NCBI GenBank assembly: GCA_963702095.1
Contig: OY969706.1
Span: 1,152,001-1,216,000 of the forward strand
DNA length: 64,000 nucleotides
Direction of reading: 5' to 3'
Source of the DNA: Candidatus Bathyarchaeota archaeon
GTDB taxonomy: Archaea; Thermoproteota; Bathyarchaeia; Bathyarchaeales; Bathycorpusculaceae
Part shown: piece after piece, positions 39,643 to 49,618 of the stretch
Layout of the letters: each line of letters starts with the position of its first letter
How positions within the stretch are numbered: position 1 is the stretch's first letter
Made by a program: the position numbers and the translations under genes
Notes under the pieces: model-generated
Told to the model about the DNA's origin: nothing
The model's database searches: none
What the model saw: the letters and a program-made list of their open reading frames with translations, nothing else

Positions 39643-41100
39643 CTAACCTTTGAGTGTAGCAATAAAGCCGTTGATGACATCTCTTATGGATTCGATAAGT
39701 GGATGCTGAATCTGGTCGGGGCTGACTTTTTCTAGGCGGTCCACCCGGAAGTAAATCGGCGGGTGCGGGTCCAGTCCCAGCCACTCTTGAACCCGGTAGG
39801 AGGGGGTGCGTTCGTAGAGTAAGCGTTGGAAACCGATTTTTTCCAGTGACCCCGCCAAAACCAGCGGGTTACCCACCACCTTGGCGGAGACTAAGTCGGC
39901 TCTTGCTTCGAAGAATTTGGCTATGAAAAATATCAACACCATCACAGCCCAGAAGTATGCAAAGAATAGAAAGGAGGAGAAGATCAGGGGGAACAGTTGG
40001 AAGAGGACGTAGAAGCGGAAGAGGAATTCAGCTGAAACTAACCCGTAGAGGATCAAGGGGTCTCGGCCTCGCAAGTGACCGAACTCGTGTCCCAGAACCC
40101 CCATTAATTCGTCTTCGTTTAGTTGTGCCATTATGCCTGTGGTTATGAGGACTAATCCCCGTTTGGGGCTGGGTCCAGAGGCTGCCGCGTTGGGAACCAT
40201 GGTGTTGGAAACCACTATTTCAGGCATGGGAAAACGGAAGCGGTCAGCGATGTTTTTGACTAACTCGTAAATGTTGACTTTTCTGGCTTTGAGGTTTTGA
40301 AGTTCACAGGGGACGCCGTATTTTGAGAAAACCTGTTGGGCTGAGTTAACGTCAACCTCGCCTTTTTTGGCGATGATTTCCTCGTAGATTTCTTTTTTTA
40401 TGGCGATGAGGGTTTCTCGGGGGTAAGTTTTGTTGAAATCGTTTTTTTCGTTTACCGGTAAGTAGAATTCGAGGAAGTGTATGATGGGGTTTTCTTTGGT
40501 TATGTGCCAGTCGGCGCTGCGTGCAATGAACCGGTTAGAGTAAAAGACAAAGATGAATTGTATGCCTATTAGAATTAGGGGGGCAATCCAGAACCCTGGT
40601 GGGTAAGCAGAGGATATGGTTATAAAAATGAGCATGCCGAAGACGATGAAGACTACGAAGAATAGAATCTGGGTCTCCAAAAAGAGGCGGTTAAATGACT
40701 TCGCTGGTTTAGTATAAGCTTCAGGGACGATTTCTTCGCCTTCCCGCCAAGCAAAGAATACAGTGGCGTTTTTGCTGTTTGCTGAGAAGATTTGTGTGGC
40801 TATTAGGATATCTTGTTTTGCTTCATCCACCGAAGTGCGTGATGCGGCGGAACTGACTGGAACGATTTTTAATTCGAATGGGCTGCCGCTTTTTACTTCT
40901 ACGTTTAGAAGGTGGTTGCCCGCTGAATTTACAATGGTGTAGGTTAGTTTTTCGCCAAGAACCGTTGATTCCCTGACGATGTCGATGAACCGCTGTTTCT
41001 GTGGGAGAATGTATTGGGTGTATATGAAATCGAATAGTTTCTGGTGGTAACTGGGTGGAACTTCAGGGGTAATTCTGAAAGTAAAAGAATTCGCCAACAT
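39643..41100 (-). CDS. M48 family metalloprotease with N-terminal extension
   Basis: PNAAASG, HEFGH, FEARAD, HPP. Confidence 0.85.
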   Translation of the reverse strand: MLANSFTFRITPEVPPSYHQKLFDFIYTQYILPQKQRFIDIVRESTVLGEKLTYTIVNSAGNHLLNVEVKSGSPFELKIVPVSSAASRTSVDEAKQDILIATQIFSANSKNATVFFAWREGEEIVPEAYTKPAKSFNRLFLETQILFFVVFIVFGMLIFITISSAYPPGFWIAPLILIGIQFIFVFYSNRFIARSADWHITKENPIIHFLEFYLPVNEKNDFNKTYPRETLIAIKKEIYEEIIAKKGEVDVNSAQQVFSKYGVPCELQNLKARKVNIYELVKNIADRFRFPMPEIVVSNTMVPNAAASGPSPKRGLVLITTGIMAQLNEDELMGVLGHEFGHLRGRDPLILYGLVSAEFLFRFYVLFQLFPLIFSSFLFFAYFWAVMVLIFFIAKFFEARADLVSAKVVGNPLVLAGSLEKIGFQRLLYERTPSYRVQEWLGLDPHPPIYFRVDRLEKVSPDQIQHPLIESIRDVINGFIATLKG

Positions 41101-41343
41101 TATAAAAAGTCAAAACCTACATTAAACCATCTTTTTCTGAGTTTATATCTCTATTGAAGTCATATCGCCTAGTGGTTTGGAGTTTTGGCGGCACATCGTA
41201 GGAGTTATGTGGATGCCGGCTTAGGGGAGATACTGTTAAGTTAAGTTACCTGAGGGGAAACTTATTGTTGATTTTAAATCTATCTTGTGTTTTCATAAAG
41301 GCAATATCTCGAATAGACTGTTTTTCTTTCAAGGGATAAAAAA

Positions 41344-42726
41344 ATGGCTGTCCCATATTTCAACACTAACACAATCTACTGTGGCGATAACGAAATAGTT
41401 CTCTCAAAATTTCCAGATGCAAGTGTTGATCTGATTTATGCTGACCCGCCATTCTTTTCTAACCAACAATATGAGATTATTTGGGGAGACGGTTACGAGA
41501 TTAGAGCTTTTGAAGACCGATGGAAAGGTGGAATAAACAATTATGTTGAATGGATGGTTCCAAAACTAGAGCAATGTCATAGAGTTCTGAAGACCTCAGG
41601 CTCTTTGTATTTACATTGTGACTGGCACGCAGGACATTACCTGAAGATACTTTTAGACCGCATTTTTGGGGAAAAACGATTAGTAAATGATATAATATGG
41701 AAACGTACAGCCGCGCATAGCGGCGAAGGAATAATCAAGAAGTATGGAACAATTCACGATAATATTTTGTTCTACACTAAAAGCGAAAAATACACATTTA
41801 ATCCTCAATATATGCCTTACGAACAAAAATACTTAGATAAATTTTACAACCATAAGGATGCAGATGGAAGAGTATGGCTTTCTCGTGATTTAACTGCTGC
41901 TGGGACTAGAAATGGTGAGTCAGGTAAACCTTGGAAGGGCATCGATGTAACAATGAAAGGTGTCCACTGGAAATATAGAGTATCAAAACTTGATGAATTA
42001 GAAAAGGAAGGCCGAATTTTTTTCCCAAAAAAAGCTGGAGGCATGCCAAGATATAAACAATATTTAGACGAAGCAAAAGGCATTTTACTTCAAGATATAT
42101 GGACTGATGTACCCGTTTTATCCTCTCATGCAAAAGAACGTCTAGGATACCCCACGCAAAAACCTGAGAGTCTCCTTGAAAGGATTATTAACACATCCTC
42201 AAATCCGATGGACATAGTTCTCGACCCTTTTTGCGGATGTGGAACAGCTATATCGATGGCACATAAAAAAGGGCGACGATGGGTGGGTATAGATATTTCA
42301 CCTACAGCTTGTGATTTGATGGAAAGACGAATGCGGAAACTTCACATATCACCAAACATGATGGGTATGCCACTAACAGAGGATGACCTGCGCAAGATAG
42401 CGGCTTTTGAGTTTCAGAATTGGGTCGTTAAAAGGCTCTATGGAAGAGTTACCGCAAGAAAAAGCGGTGACATGGGCATCGATGGGACAACATTTGAAGG
42501 AATCCCTATCCAAGTTAAGCAATCAGAGGACATTGGGAGAAACGTAATCGATAATTTTGAGACCGCACTGAGACGAAAAAAGAAAACAAAAGGTATAGTT
42601 GTTGCATTTAGTTTTGGGCGTGGTGCCTATGAAGAAATAGCTAGAGCTAAACTCAACGATAACTTAGATATTAAAGCTCTTTCTATCAAGGACTTGATAA
42701 AAAAGCAAGAGCAACAGCTTATTTGA
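41344..42726 (+). CDS. Beta-class amino DNA methyltransferase fused to an Mrr-like endonuclease domain
   Basis: YADPPF, YPTQKP, DPFCGCGT; C-terminal FEFQNW..GDMGIDG..IQVKQ. Confidence 0.88.
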   Translation: MAVPYFNTNTIYCGDNEIVLSKFPDASVDLIYADPPFFSNQQYEIIWGDGYEIRAFEDRWKGGINNYVEWMVPKLEQCHRVLKTSGSLYLHCDWHAGHYLKILLDRIFGEKRLVNDIIWKRTAAHSGEGIIKKYGTIHDNILFYTKSEKYTFNPQYMPYEQKYLDKFYNHKDADGRVWLSRDLTAAGTRNGESGKPWKGIDVTMKGVHWKYRVSKLDELEKEGRIFFPKKAGGMPRYKQYLDEAKGILLQDIWTDVPVLSSHAKERLGYPTQKPESLLERIINTSSNPMDIVLDPFCGCGTAISMAHKKGRRWVGIDISPTACDLMERRMRKLHISPNMMGMPLTEDDLRKIAAFEFQNWVVKRLYGRVTARKSGDMGIDGTTFEGIPIQVKQSEDIGRNVIDNFETALRRKKKTKGIVVAFSFGRGAYEEIARAKLNDNLDIKALSIKDLIKKQEQQLI

Positions 42727-42871
42727 GCTTAACTCTTCCTTTTACTCTCTTTTCATATTCTTCTTCAGTTATGATGCCTTTTTCAATGAGTAAGTCTACT
42801 AGGGCTGATTGCATGTCGTCTAAGAGATCTATTTCTTCTAATGGTTCTCTTTCAATTTTTGTTTTCTTCAT
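42719..42871 (-). CDS. Small SHOCT-like protein
   Basis: LVDLLIEKGIITEEEYEKR. Confidence 0.6.
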   Translation of the reverse strand: MKKTKIEREPLEEIDLLDDMQSALVDLLIEKGIITEEEYEKRVKGRVKLK

Positions 42872-43025
42872 GTTTCCCACCTTTCGCCAAGTATCCTTGT
42901 TCACTTAACCAATTCATAATAATGGTTCTTAAAGTATCACTGTAGCCCTCGCCCACTTTGCCAACAACTTCCTTATCCAAGATTTCAACCACTCCATCAG
43001 GCAGACTAACGATTATTTTCTTCAT
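42852..43025 (-). CDS. CopG/RHH protein, 57 aa, translationally coupled to the transposase; not in ORF track
   Basis: MKKIIVSLPDGVVEILDKEV..YSDTLRTIIMNWLSEQGY; ATGA overlap with the transposase stop. Confidence 0.7.
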   Translation of the reverse strand: MKKIIVSLPDGVVEILDKEVVGKVGEGYSDTLRTIIMNWLSEQGYLAKGGKHEENKN

Positions 43026-43942
43026 TTACTAACCACCTTCAATCCTTCCTCTTTCTCAACTTTGTTACTCAAAGCATTAACTAAAAGCATGGCTTCTCTT
43101 TTTGTTGCTTCACTAATCAACCCTTTCCAAGTATTAGGCACGTTCATCCGTGCAGCTTGAGCGGGAGTTTTACCGCCTAGACTTTGATGCGGTCTAATAC
43201 AGTTATAATAGACGCTCCAACCTTCAAGCAACAGTTTTGTTGAATCATAGCTTTTTAGCCCTCTCATGCAACGTGTTCTATCTTTGAGTGTTCCATGCAA
43301 CCGCTCAACAATGTTGTTGGTTTCTCTTGCTCTAATCCCAACCCTCTGGACTAACTCAACCCTTGTATCCTTTCGCATGGTATAGAATACTTTGTTAAAA
43401 GCACTCTTGTAAACATGGCTTCCATCAACGAATACTGCTCTTGGGCGAACTTTGCTTTGGTCAACGCCTTTCTTGAAGATACTTACCGTATCTTCAAAAG
43501 TACGGGTATTTGAAAGGTGAGAAGCAACCATGAAACGTGTATCTTCGTCTATCATTTCCCAGAACCAAATACTGCGCCCTTCACAACTTAGCATAGTTTC
43601 GTCTTCATGCCATAGACCTGAAAGTTGAGGAATTTGAGACAGCATATATTCTTTGGCAAGCTCAGAATACTTCTTTATCCAATTCAGAACCGTAACTTGA
43701 GAAACCTTTTCCCCAAAAATCTGCTCAATATTCTTGCGAGTCTTTCTAAGAGACATACCATCGTAGTAGAAGTTTAGGGCAGCAACAATCATGTTTTGTT
43801 CGTTTCTCATTCGTGAGAATTTTCCGTTTGGTACAAAGATGTGACCGCAATCTTTACACTTGTAAGTTTGTTTGTTGTGGCGTATGCCTTTTTTGGTGAC
43901 GTTTTCTGAGTTGCAGTATTTACAGTTCATCGGTTCACACAC
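43022..43942 (-). CDS. IS6-family DDE transposase
   Basis: CKYC..CKDC, WHEDET, FVDG, NNIVERLHGTLK, YNCIRPHQSLGGKTPA. Confidence 0.92.
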   Translation of the reverse strand: MCEPMNCKYCNSENVTKKGIRHNKQTYKCKDCGHIFVPNGKFSRMRNEQNMIVAALNFYYDGMSLRKTRKNIEQIFGEKVSQVTVLNWIKKYSELAKEYMLSQIPQLSGLWHEDETMLSCEGRSIWFWEMIDEDTRFMVASHLSNTRTFEDTVSIFKKGVDQSKVRPRAVFVDGSHVYKSAFNKVFYTMRKDTRVELVQRVGIRARETNNIVERLHGTLKDRTRCMRGLKSYDSTKLLLEGWSVYYNCIRPHQSLGGKTPAQAARMNVPNTWKGLISEATKREAMLLVNALSNKVEKEEGLKVVSK

Positions 43943-44054
43943 TCTTACAGCAATACTATAGTAAGCCTACAGTATTTATAACTTGTGGTACTCTCAAGGG
44001 ACTCTTACAACACTACCACAAAAGTTAAATCATATTTTACCCATAACATAAGCA

Positions 44055-44132
44055 TGGCGACTGGAAGGGGATTTGAACCCCCGATCAACCGCTTAGTGGG
44101 CGATGGCTATGTCCATGCTAAGCAATCCAGTC
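44055..44132 (-). tRNA. Non-canonical tRNA / tRNA-like gene, anticodon ACT
   Basis: Cloverleaf GACTGGA/TCCAGTC-G-CCA, anticodon arm ATCGC-CCACTAA-GCGGT, T arm GGGGG-TTCAAAT-CCCCT. Confidence 0.8.
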
Positions 44133-44207
44133 ACTTATCGTTAGGGAAACACTGCGGGCGCAGGTCGGACGCAATGTTCCCTAACGGTCACTCCAGTCAA
44201 AGAATGA

Positions 44208-44942
44208 CTATGATACTTTTTCTGTTTGGAGTTTAGTCTTTTGTAGCTTTAACCATGCCTTAATCGCTTCAAGCTGTGACTCGACAAACTCTATGGCAAT
44301 TATGTCTTTTTTAACCCATATGTTATATTCATCGGACGAACCATAGGATACAACACCTGACGGTTGGCTTGGTTGCCTGACTTGAAATGATGAGGAAAGG
44401 TTAGCTGGTCTTTCTTCCATATCTTGTTCTGTCCTCCTATCGTCCTCGTAATTACTCTCTGAGGATGTTGACGGAAAACAGAATGCGACTGATTCAGTAT
44501 ATAGCTTGGCTACCTTTTCATACTTTGATTGTGCTATTTGTCTATCTACATGTAGCTTATCTACCAAATAACTGCAGAACTCGCCAGAAAGTGCTTTTGT
44601 TCCATAGTCCTTTCGTATCCTGACCCAAAGTTCAATTTTATTAAAAATAGTTTCTTTCGTAGCTTGAAGTTCTTGGGGTGTTAACGGATTAACAAGTTTT
44701 TCTGCAAGGTCTGTCGTATGTAGCAATCCTCTTCCTTCAGCAAGACCATATCTTTTAAGCGAGAACAAAATCATACCCGTCCACCCTCCACGAGCAGATA
44801 TGTTGAGCTTTTCGGCAAGTAGTTGAACGCTCATAGACTGACCTGAAAAATCATAGATTATTTTAGCCGTCTTGTATGCCTCGGGGACAGATATGTCGGG
44901 GTACTTATAACTGCCTATACTTCCCATTACTAATACCTGCAA
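44208..44942 (-). CDS. Hypothetical protein with winged-helix-like N-terminus, transposon cargo
   Basis: LAEKLNIS..G....SLKRYGL....TTDLA pattern. Confidence 0.65.
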   Translation of the reverse strand: MQVLVMGSIGSYKYPDISVPEAYKTAKIIYDFSGQSMSVQLLAEKLNISARGGWTGMILFSLKRYGLAEGRGLLHTTDLAEKLVNPLTPQELQATKETIFNKIELWVRIRKDYGTKALSGEFCSYLVDKLHVDRQIAQSKYEKVAKLYTESVAFCFPSTSSESNYEDDRRTEQDMEERPANLSSSFQVRQPSQPSGVVSYGSSDEYNIWVKKDIIAIEFVESQLEAIKAWLKLQKTKLQTEKVS

Positions 44943-45271
44943 TAGTATCTATAATAAGTTACTAATAAAGTTACTGTAAGGCGCAATTCACAGTATATTT
45001 TAGCGTATAAAACTACTTGAAAAACTTTCTGTAAATGTAAACCCCACTATAAAGTAGAAAAAATTTCAGAGTTTTTGTCGGGTAACTTAACTTAACAGTA
45101 TCCTTAGGGGATAGCGTTTATTAGTATCGAAATTCATTGTTAAAAATGCCGAACCGCGAGTTAAGGAGACTTTGTGGCGTCAAACGCTTGTTTGATACTG
45201 CAAAGATAATAACGGCTGACCCGTGACCCTCGTGTTCGAGATAGCCGATTATACAAGTTTAGAAAGGATGT

Positions 45272-45676
45272 TTGAAGTTGGCAGCATCTAAAAAAACTAT
45301 ACTCGTTGTGGATGATGACAAATCGATACTGCGAACCTTCACAAGGATTCTGCAGAAAAGCGGTTATGAAATAGTGACGGCAGAGACTGGGAAAGAAGCT
45401 ATAGAGAAAGCTGAGGTACAGCACTACGATTTAGCCCTCGTAGACATCAGGCTACCCGATATGGACGGCACTGATTTGCTTGCTAAACTCAAAAAGCAGC
45501 TTCAAAACACCGTGAAAATCATGATTACAGGTTTTCCGTCGCTTGAAACAGGCGTGAAAGCTCTTGATGAGGGTGCAGACGCCTATTTGGTTAAGCCAGT
45601 GAAGCCGCAGGAACTGCTTGTTCTCCTAGAAGAGAAGCTTAAGAACCGTGAAGAATCCGCGGAAGTCAGCCATTAA
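45272..45676 (+). CDS. Stand-alone response-regulator receiver
   Basis: ILVVDDD, DIRLPDMDG, ITG, YLVKP. Confidence 0.92.
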   Translation: MKLAASKKTILVVDDDKSILRTFTRILQKSGYEIVTAETGKEAIEKAEVQHYDLALVDIRLPDMDGTDLLAKLKKQLQNTVKIMITGFPSLETGVKALDEGADAYLVKPVKPQELLVLLEEKLKNREESAEVSH

Positions 45677-45744
45677 CCTCTCTTTCATTTTATTGTTCAA
45701 CATCTGACTAATTGTAACAATTAACTCTACTTGTTTGGATAAGA

Positions 45745-47034
45745 TTGAGTTTTAAGAGACAATTTCTGTTAGCCTATGTCCTCTTAGGATTGTTTGTTAT
45801 CTCTGCCGCTATGCCCTTCTATCAAGAAGCTGCTGAGCAGACTTCCGCTCTTTACTTAGCCCAAAAAGCATTTCCCAATTTAACGTTTAACCATCCAGTC
45901 GGCTTATTCTCAGACCCAACCGGGGCAAACAGGCTTTTTGTTATAGAGCAGTCTGGCGTAATCAAGGTCTTTAGCAACACCCAAAACGTATCTGGTTCGG
46001 CAGTGTTTCTCGACATAACAGACCGCGTTTTATACGGTGGCGAACAGGGCCTTTTAGGCGTAGCCTTCGACCCAAACTACACTCAAAGCCACAACTTTTA
46101 TGTCGACTACGTTGCAGATAACCCCCGCCGCTCGGTAATAGCCCGCTACACCGCAGACCAAAACAACCCTGACCTCGCATACCCCAACAGCCAGCAAGTC
46201 ATACTGGAGATAAGCCAGCCCTACAGCAACCACAAAGGCGGAGAACTCGCATTTGGACCCGACGGCTACCTCTATATCGGCGTCGGCGACGGCGGCTCAG
46301 AAGGCGACCCCAACGGCAACGGCCAGAACCGTTCAATCTTGCTTGGAAAAATCCTCCGAATAGACGTGAACTCGCAGTCGAACGGACGAAACTACGGCAT
46401 CCCCGCAGACAACCCATTTGTCGGCAACACTGATGGTTTCCTCGAAGAAATCTACGCTTACGGCTTACGCAACCCTTGGCGGTTCAGCTTTGACCCCGCA
46501 ACAGGTCAGCTTTGGGTTGGCGATGTGGGACAGGACAGGCTCGAAGAAATCGATTTGGTTGAGAAAGGCAAAAACTACGGGTGGAACACTATGGAGGGCA
46601 CACTCTGTTATAATCCGCCGAGCGGCTGCAACGGGACAGGGCTTACCCTGCCCATCTGGAATTATACGCATGATTTGGGCAACGCGATTATCGGCGGCTA
46701 CGTTTACCATGGCAAAGCCCTTCCCGCACTGGATGGGGCATACGTCTATGGCGACTATGGCTCAGGCAGAATATGGGCACTCCGCTATAGCGGCACCGCT
46801 GCAAACACGCTGATGGTTGATTCTGGGCAGAGCATTACCTCTTTTGGATTAGACCAAAACCAGGAACTCTACTTCACATCCTCCAACGGCAACATTTACA
46901 CCCTGTCTGCGCCTGCCGTGCCCGAGTTTCCCCTGCCGATTCAAACTGGACTCGCACTTATGCTTGTCCTTTTTGCCGTATTAATGGTTCTTGCTCGGCT
47001 GACCAAGGAACCCTTTAGAAAAATCAACCGGTGA
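45745..47034 (+). CDS. PQQ-dependent sugar dehydrogenase (GSDH) with PEF-CTERM-like anchor
   Basis: NHKGG.LAFGPDGYLY, GKILRID, YGLRNPWRFSFD; C-terminal VPEFP plus TM. Confidence 0.88.
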   Translation: MSFKRQFLLAYVLLGLFVISAAMPFYQEAAEQTSALYLAQKAFPNLTFNHPVGLFSDPTGANRLFVIEQSGVIKVFSNTQNVSGSAVFLDITDRVLYGGEQGLLGVAFDPNYTQSHNFYVDYVADNPRRSVIARYTADQNNPDLAYPNSQQVILEISQPYSNHKGGELAFGPDGYLYIGVGDGGSEGDPNGNGQNRSILLGKILRIDVNSQSNGRNYGIPADNPFVGNTDGFLEEIYAYGLRNPWRFSFDPATGQLWVGDVGQDRLEEIDLVEKGKNYGWNTMEGTLCYNPPSGCNGTGLTLPIWNYTHDLGNAIIGGYVYHGKALPALDGAYVYGDYGSGRIWALRYSGTAANTLMVDSGQSITSFGLDQNQELYFTSSNGNIYTLSAPAVPEFPLPIQTGLALMLVLFAVLMVLARLTKEPFRKINR

Positions 47035-47140
47035 ACCACTCGATTTTTGCAGGTAATGCAAGGTTAACTTGCAGGCTTATTTAATGCAGAAGATTTAGGC
47101 GATAAGCTTTGCTGATCTGCGGAAGGCTTAAGAGGGGTGG

Positions 47141-48052
47141 TTGTGTTGCGGGGGTATGCTGCAGGATTTGAGGGGTTTTGCCCAGTTTATCTCCGTCGAA
47201 CGAGGCTTAATGCTATTCATGATTTCGGTCGGCGCCACCTTTTTAGCAGCTAAAGCCTTCGCTTGGCCCACAGCGCTCTTTTTAGGCGTTATCATCTTCT
47301 GCATTTGGAGTGCCGTTGACGCCGTAAACAACCTCTGCGACGTAGACTTAGATGTTCTGTCCGATCCTAACCGGGCGCATTTCACTCGAAAACTTGGCAA
47401 ATACGGCTTGGCTGTTGCCGCCGGGTTTACTGCTTTGTCGTTGGCTTTGGGGGCTGTTACGTTGATGCCGTTTGTGGTGCTGTTTATCGGTTTAGGCATC
47501 CTGTTTGGCGTTTTGTATTCTGCTCCGCCTTTTAGACTTCGCAAAACCGCTTACAAACCACTCGTTAACTTCACGGTAGGCGCCGTGCCCATGATGATAA
47601 TCGCGGCTTTCTTCAACGCCTTCACCCCAAGCATCATAGTTTTGATCCTGCTGATCGGCGTAACCACAGCAATCAACAGCCTCTGGGAGGACTTGGCAGA
47701 TTACGCCTCGGATTTCCACAGCGGCTCACGCACCATACCGATTATCCTTGGGTTCAGACGCGGCCTGCTATTCACAATCGTCATGGGTTACTTGATGATT
47801 CCACTGATGGTTCTGGTGGGAGTGCTGTTTCAGTTGCCGATTATTTACTATACAGCATTGGCGGCGCTGTCGATTTTCATCACCCTGCGCTTAATCCAGA
47901 AAAGACAAACTATCTTCAAAGAAGACAGCGCAGACAACAAGAAACTCTTCAAAGTCGGCGAAGTATTAGCCAAAGACTTCGTTATAATCGCCATAGTATT
48001 TACGCTGAGCTTGATGCTGAGTAGCCTGCTGAGAATCAATCCGTTATTCTAA
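47141..48052 (+). CDS. UbiA-family prenyltransferase
   Basis: NNLCDVDLD, YSAPPFRL, EDLADYASD. Confidence 0.88.
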   Translation: MCCGGMLQDLRGFAQFISVERGLMLFMISVGATFLAAKAFAWPTALFLGVIIFCIWSAVDAVNNLCDVDLDVLSDPNRAHFTRKLGKYGLAVAAGFTALSLALGAVTLMPFVVLFIGLGILFGVLYSAPPFRLRKTAYKPLVNFTVGAVPMMIIAAFFNAFTPSIIVLILLIGVTTAINSLWEDLADYASDFHSGSRTIPIILGFRRGLLFTIVMGYLMIPLMVLVGVLFQLPIIYYTALAALSIFITLRLIQKRQTIFKEDSADNKKLFKVGEVLAKDFVIIAIVFTLSLMLSSLLRINPLF

Positions 48053-48118
48053 CTCCGATGACCTGACAGAGTCAAGAACCCTTAAATTTCTGTCCCTCAC
48101 TAATTCTATGGTGTCAAC

Positions 48119-49579
48119 TTGAAAAGGGCATTCAGCGTTCTTCTTATTACTCTAATACTCTGCGGGACAGCCGCTGGTTCCGTCTTTTTCGGCACGACAC
48201 AGGCTTCAACTTTCTTCGGCGGTATAATAAGCACCGATACCAAATGGACCCAAGCGAATAGCCCATACACCCTTACAGGCTCAGTTGGCATACCAAGCGG
48301 CAGAACCCTAACGATAGAACCGGGCGTCACAATAAACTTGGGCAGTTACTACATACAGGTAAACGGTACCCTGCAGGCACAAGGTAGTCCAGCAAACCCC
48401 ATCCACTTCAACGACGGCTCAAGCTCAACAACGTCGAGTGCCGGGCTCCTTTTTATGGCATCGGCTTCCGGAGGCATAATAGAGAGCACTGTCCTTAACC
48501 ATACAAACATAGAGGTTGACGGTGCCTCGCCTAAAATCATCAACTGCACCTTCAACAGTCGAATAACAATTTTCACGGGCTCCCCCCAGATTAATGGCAA
48601 CCGTTTTGTCACAGGCGACGGCTTAGTGCTCTACGACTCAAGCGCCGTCATCTCCAACAACGTATTCACCGATAACTATCAGGCGATTTATGTGGGCTCA
48701 AACCAATTCTGCTCCTCGCCCCTCATCGAGCGCAACCTAATTGCTAATAACACCTATGGCATTATGATGCCCGTTTCAGCCACATTCAATCCCATCCTCA
48801 GAAACAACACCCTCGCCAACAATACCGATGGCATCGACATTTGGAACGGCGGTGTTCCCCTGCCAACAATTCAATACAACAACATCTATGGGAACAGCGG
48901 CTATAACATCCATTTGACAAACATAAAAGTAAACATTGACGCCTCAGAGAACTGGTGGGGAACCACCGATGAACAAACAATCAGCCAGTCAATTCTAGAC
49001 TTCAACGACGACTTCACATTGGGCAACGTAACCTTCAAGCCTTATCTAACCGAACCCAACCCAGAAGCAATGCCGGACGCAGCCATAACGGCTCAGCTTC
49101 CAGTGCAGAACCCCACTGAAACACCGCCGTCCACCGCTGAACCAACAATTCAGCCCAATGCCACACTGGATGCCGGCAAATTTAACATAGAATCAAACAG
49201 TACAGTCACCGAATTCTCATTCAACAGTTCAATCCCAGAATTGACCTTCACCGTTAGTGGTCCCGACGGTTCCACAGGCTACGTTAAAGCCACAATCTCC
49301 AAAGACTTCATACCCTCAGCCGACAACATCAAAGTCTACCTGGACTGCAACCTAACCGACCGCACGATAGATTCAAGCGGAAACTCCTGGATTGTCATGT
49401 TCACCTATCATCATAGTATCCACCGTGTCGCCATAAACGGGGTCGGCGGAGACTCTGAAGCTGGGGCGTTTCCAAGTTGGGTATGGTACACAGCGGCAGG
49501 GGCAGTAGCAGCCGGCTTGGTAGTCGCCGTTGGGTTGCTTGTGTTGTTGACGAGGGCTAAAGCCAAACAAACGCTTTAG
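48119..49579 (+). CDS. Secreted right-handed beta-helix (NosD-like) protein
   Basis: WT.ANSPY, LTIEPG, Asn-rich repeats, NWWG, C-terminal TM. Confidence 0.8.
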   Translation: MKRAFSVLLITLILCGTAAGSVFFGTTQASTFFGGIISTDTKWTQANSPYTLTGSVGIPSGRTLTIEPGVTINLGSYYIQVNGTLQAQGSPANPIHFNDGSSSTTSSAGLLFMASASGGIIESTVLNHTNIEVDGASPKIINCTFNSRITIFTGSPQINGNRFVTGDGLVLYDSSAVISNNVFTDNYQAIYVGSNQFCSSPLIERNLIANNTYGIMMPVSATFNPILRNNTLANNTDGIDIWNGGVPLPTIQYNNIYGNSGYNIHLTNIKVNIDASENWWGTTDEQTISQSILDFNDDFTLGNVTFKPYLTEPNPEAMPDAAITAQLPVQNPTETPPSTAEPTIQPNATLDAGKFNIESNSTVTEFSFNSSIPELTFTVSGPDGSTGYVKATISKDFIPSADNIKVYLDCNLTDRTIDSSGNSWIVMFTYHHSIHRVAINGVGGDSEAGAFPSWVWYTAAGAVAAGLVVAVGLLVLLTRAKAKQTL

Positions 49580-49618
49580 TATAATTGTTTACCGAAAAGG
49601 GTTGTTTTGTCTGTTCTG

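Larger units (their letters stand above)
41229..45102. mobile_element. IS6-family transposon with cargo (3874 bp)
   Basis: Perfect 22-bp IR GATACTGTTAAGTTAAGTTACC (41229-41250 / 45081-45102); 9-bp direct repeat CTTAGGGGA (41220-41228 / 45103-45111). Confidence 0.93.

Noticed and set aside
44090-44100. CTA in the anticodon loop suggesting an amber suppressor or pyrrolysine tRNA
   Set aside because: In the 7-nt loop CCACTAA the central triplet is ACT; CTA is off register and tRNA-Pyl features are absent
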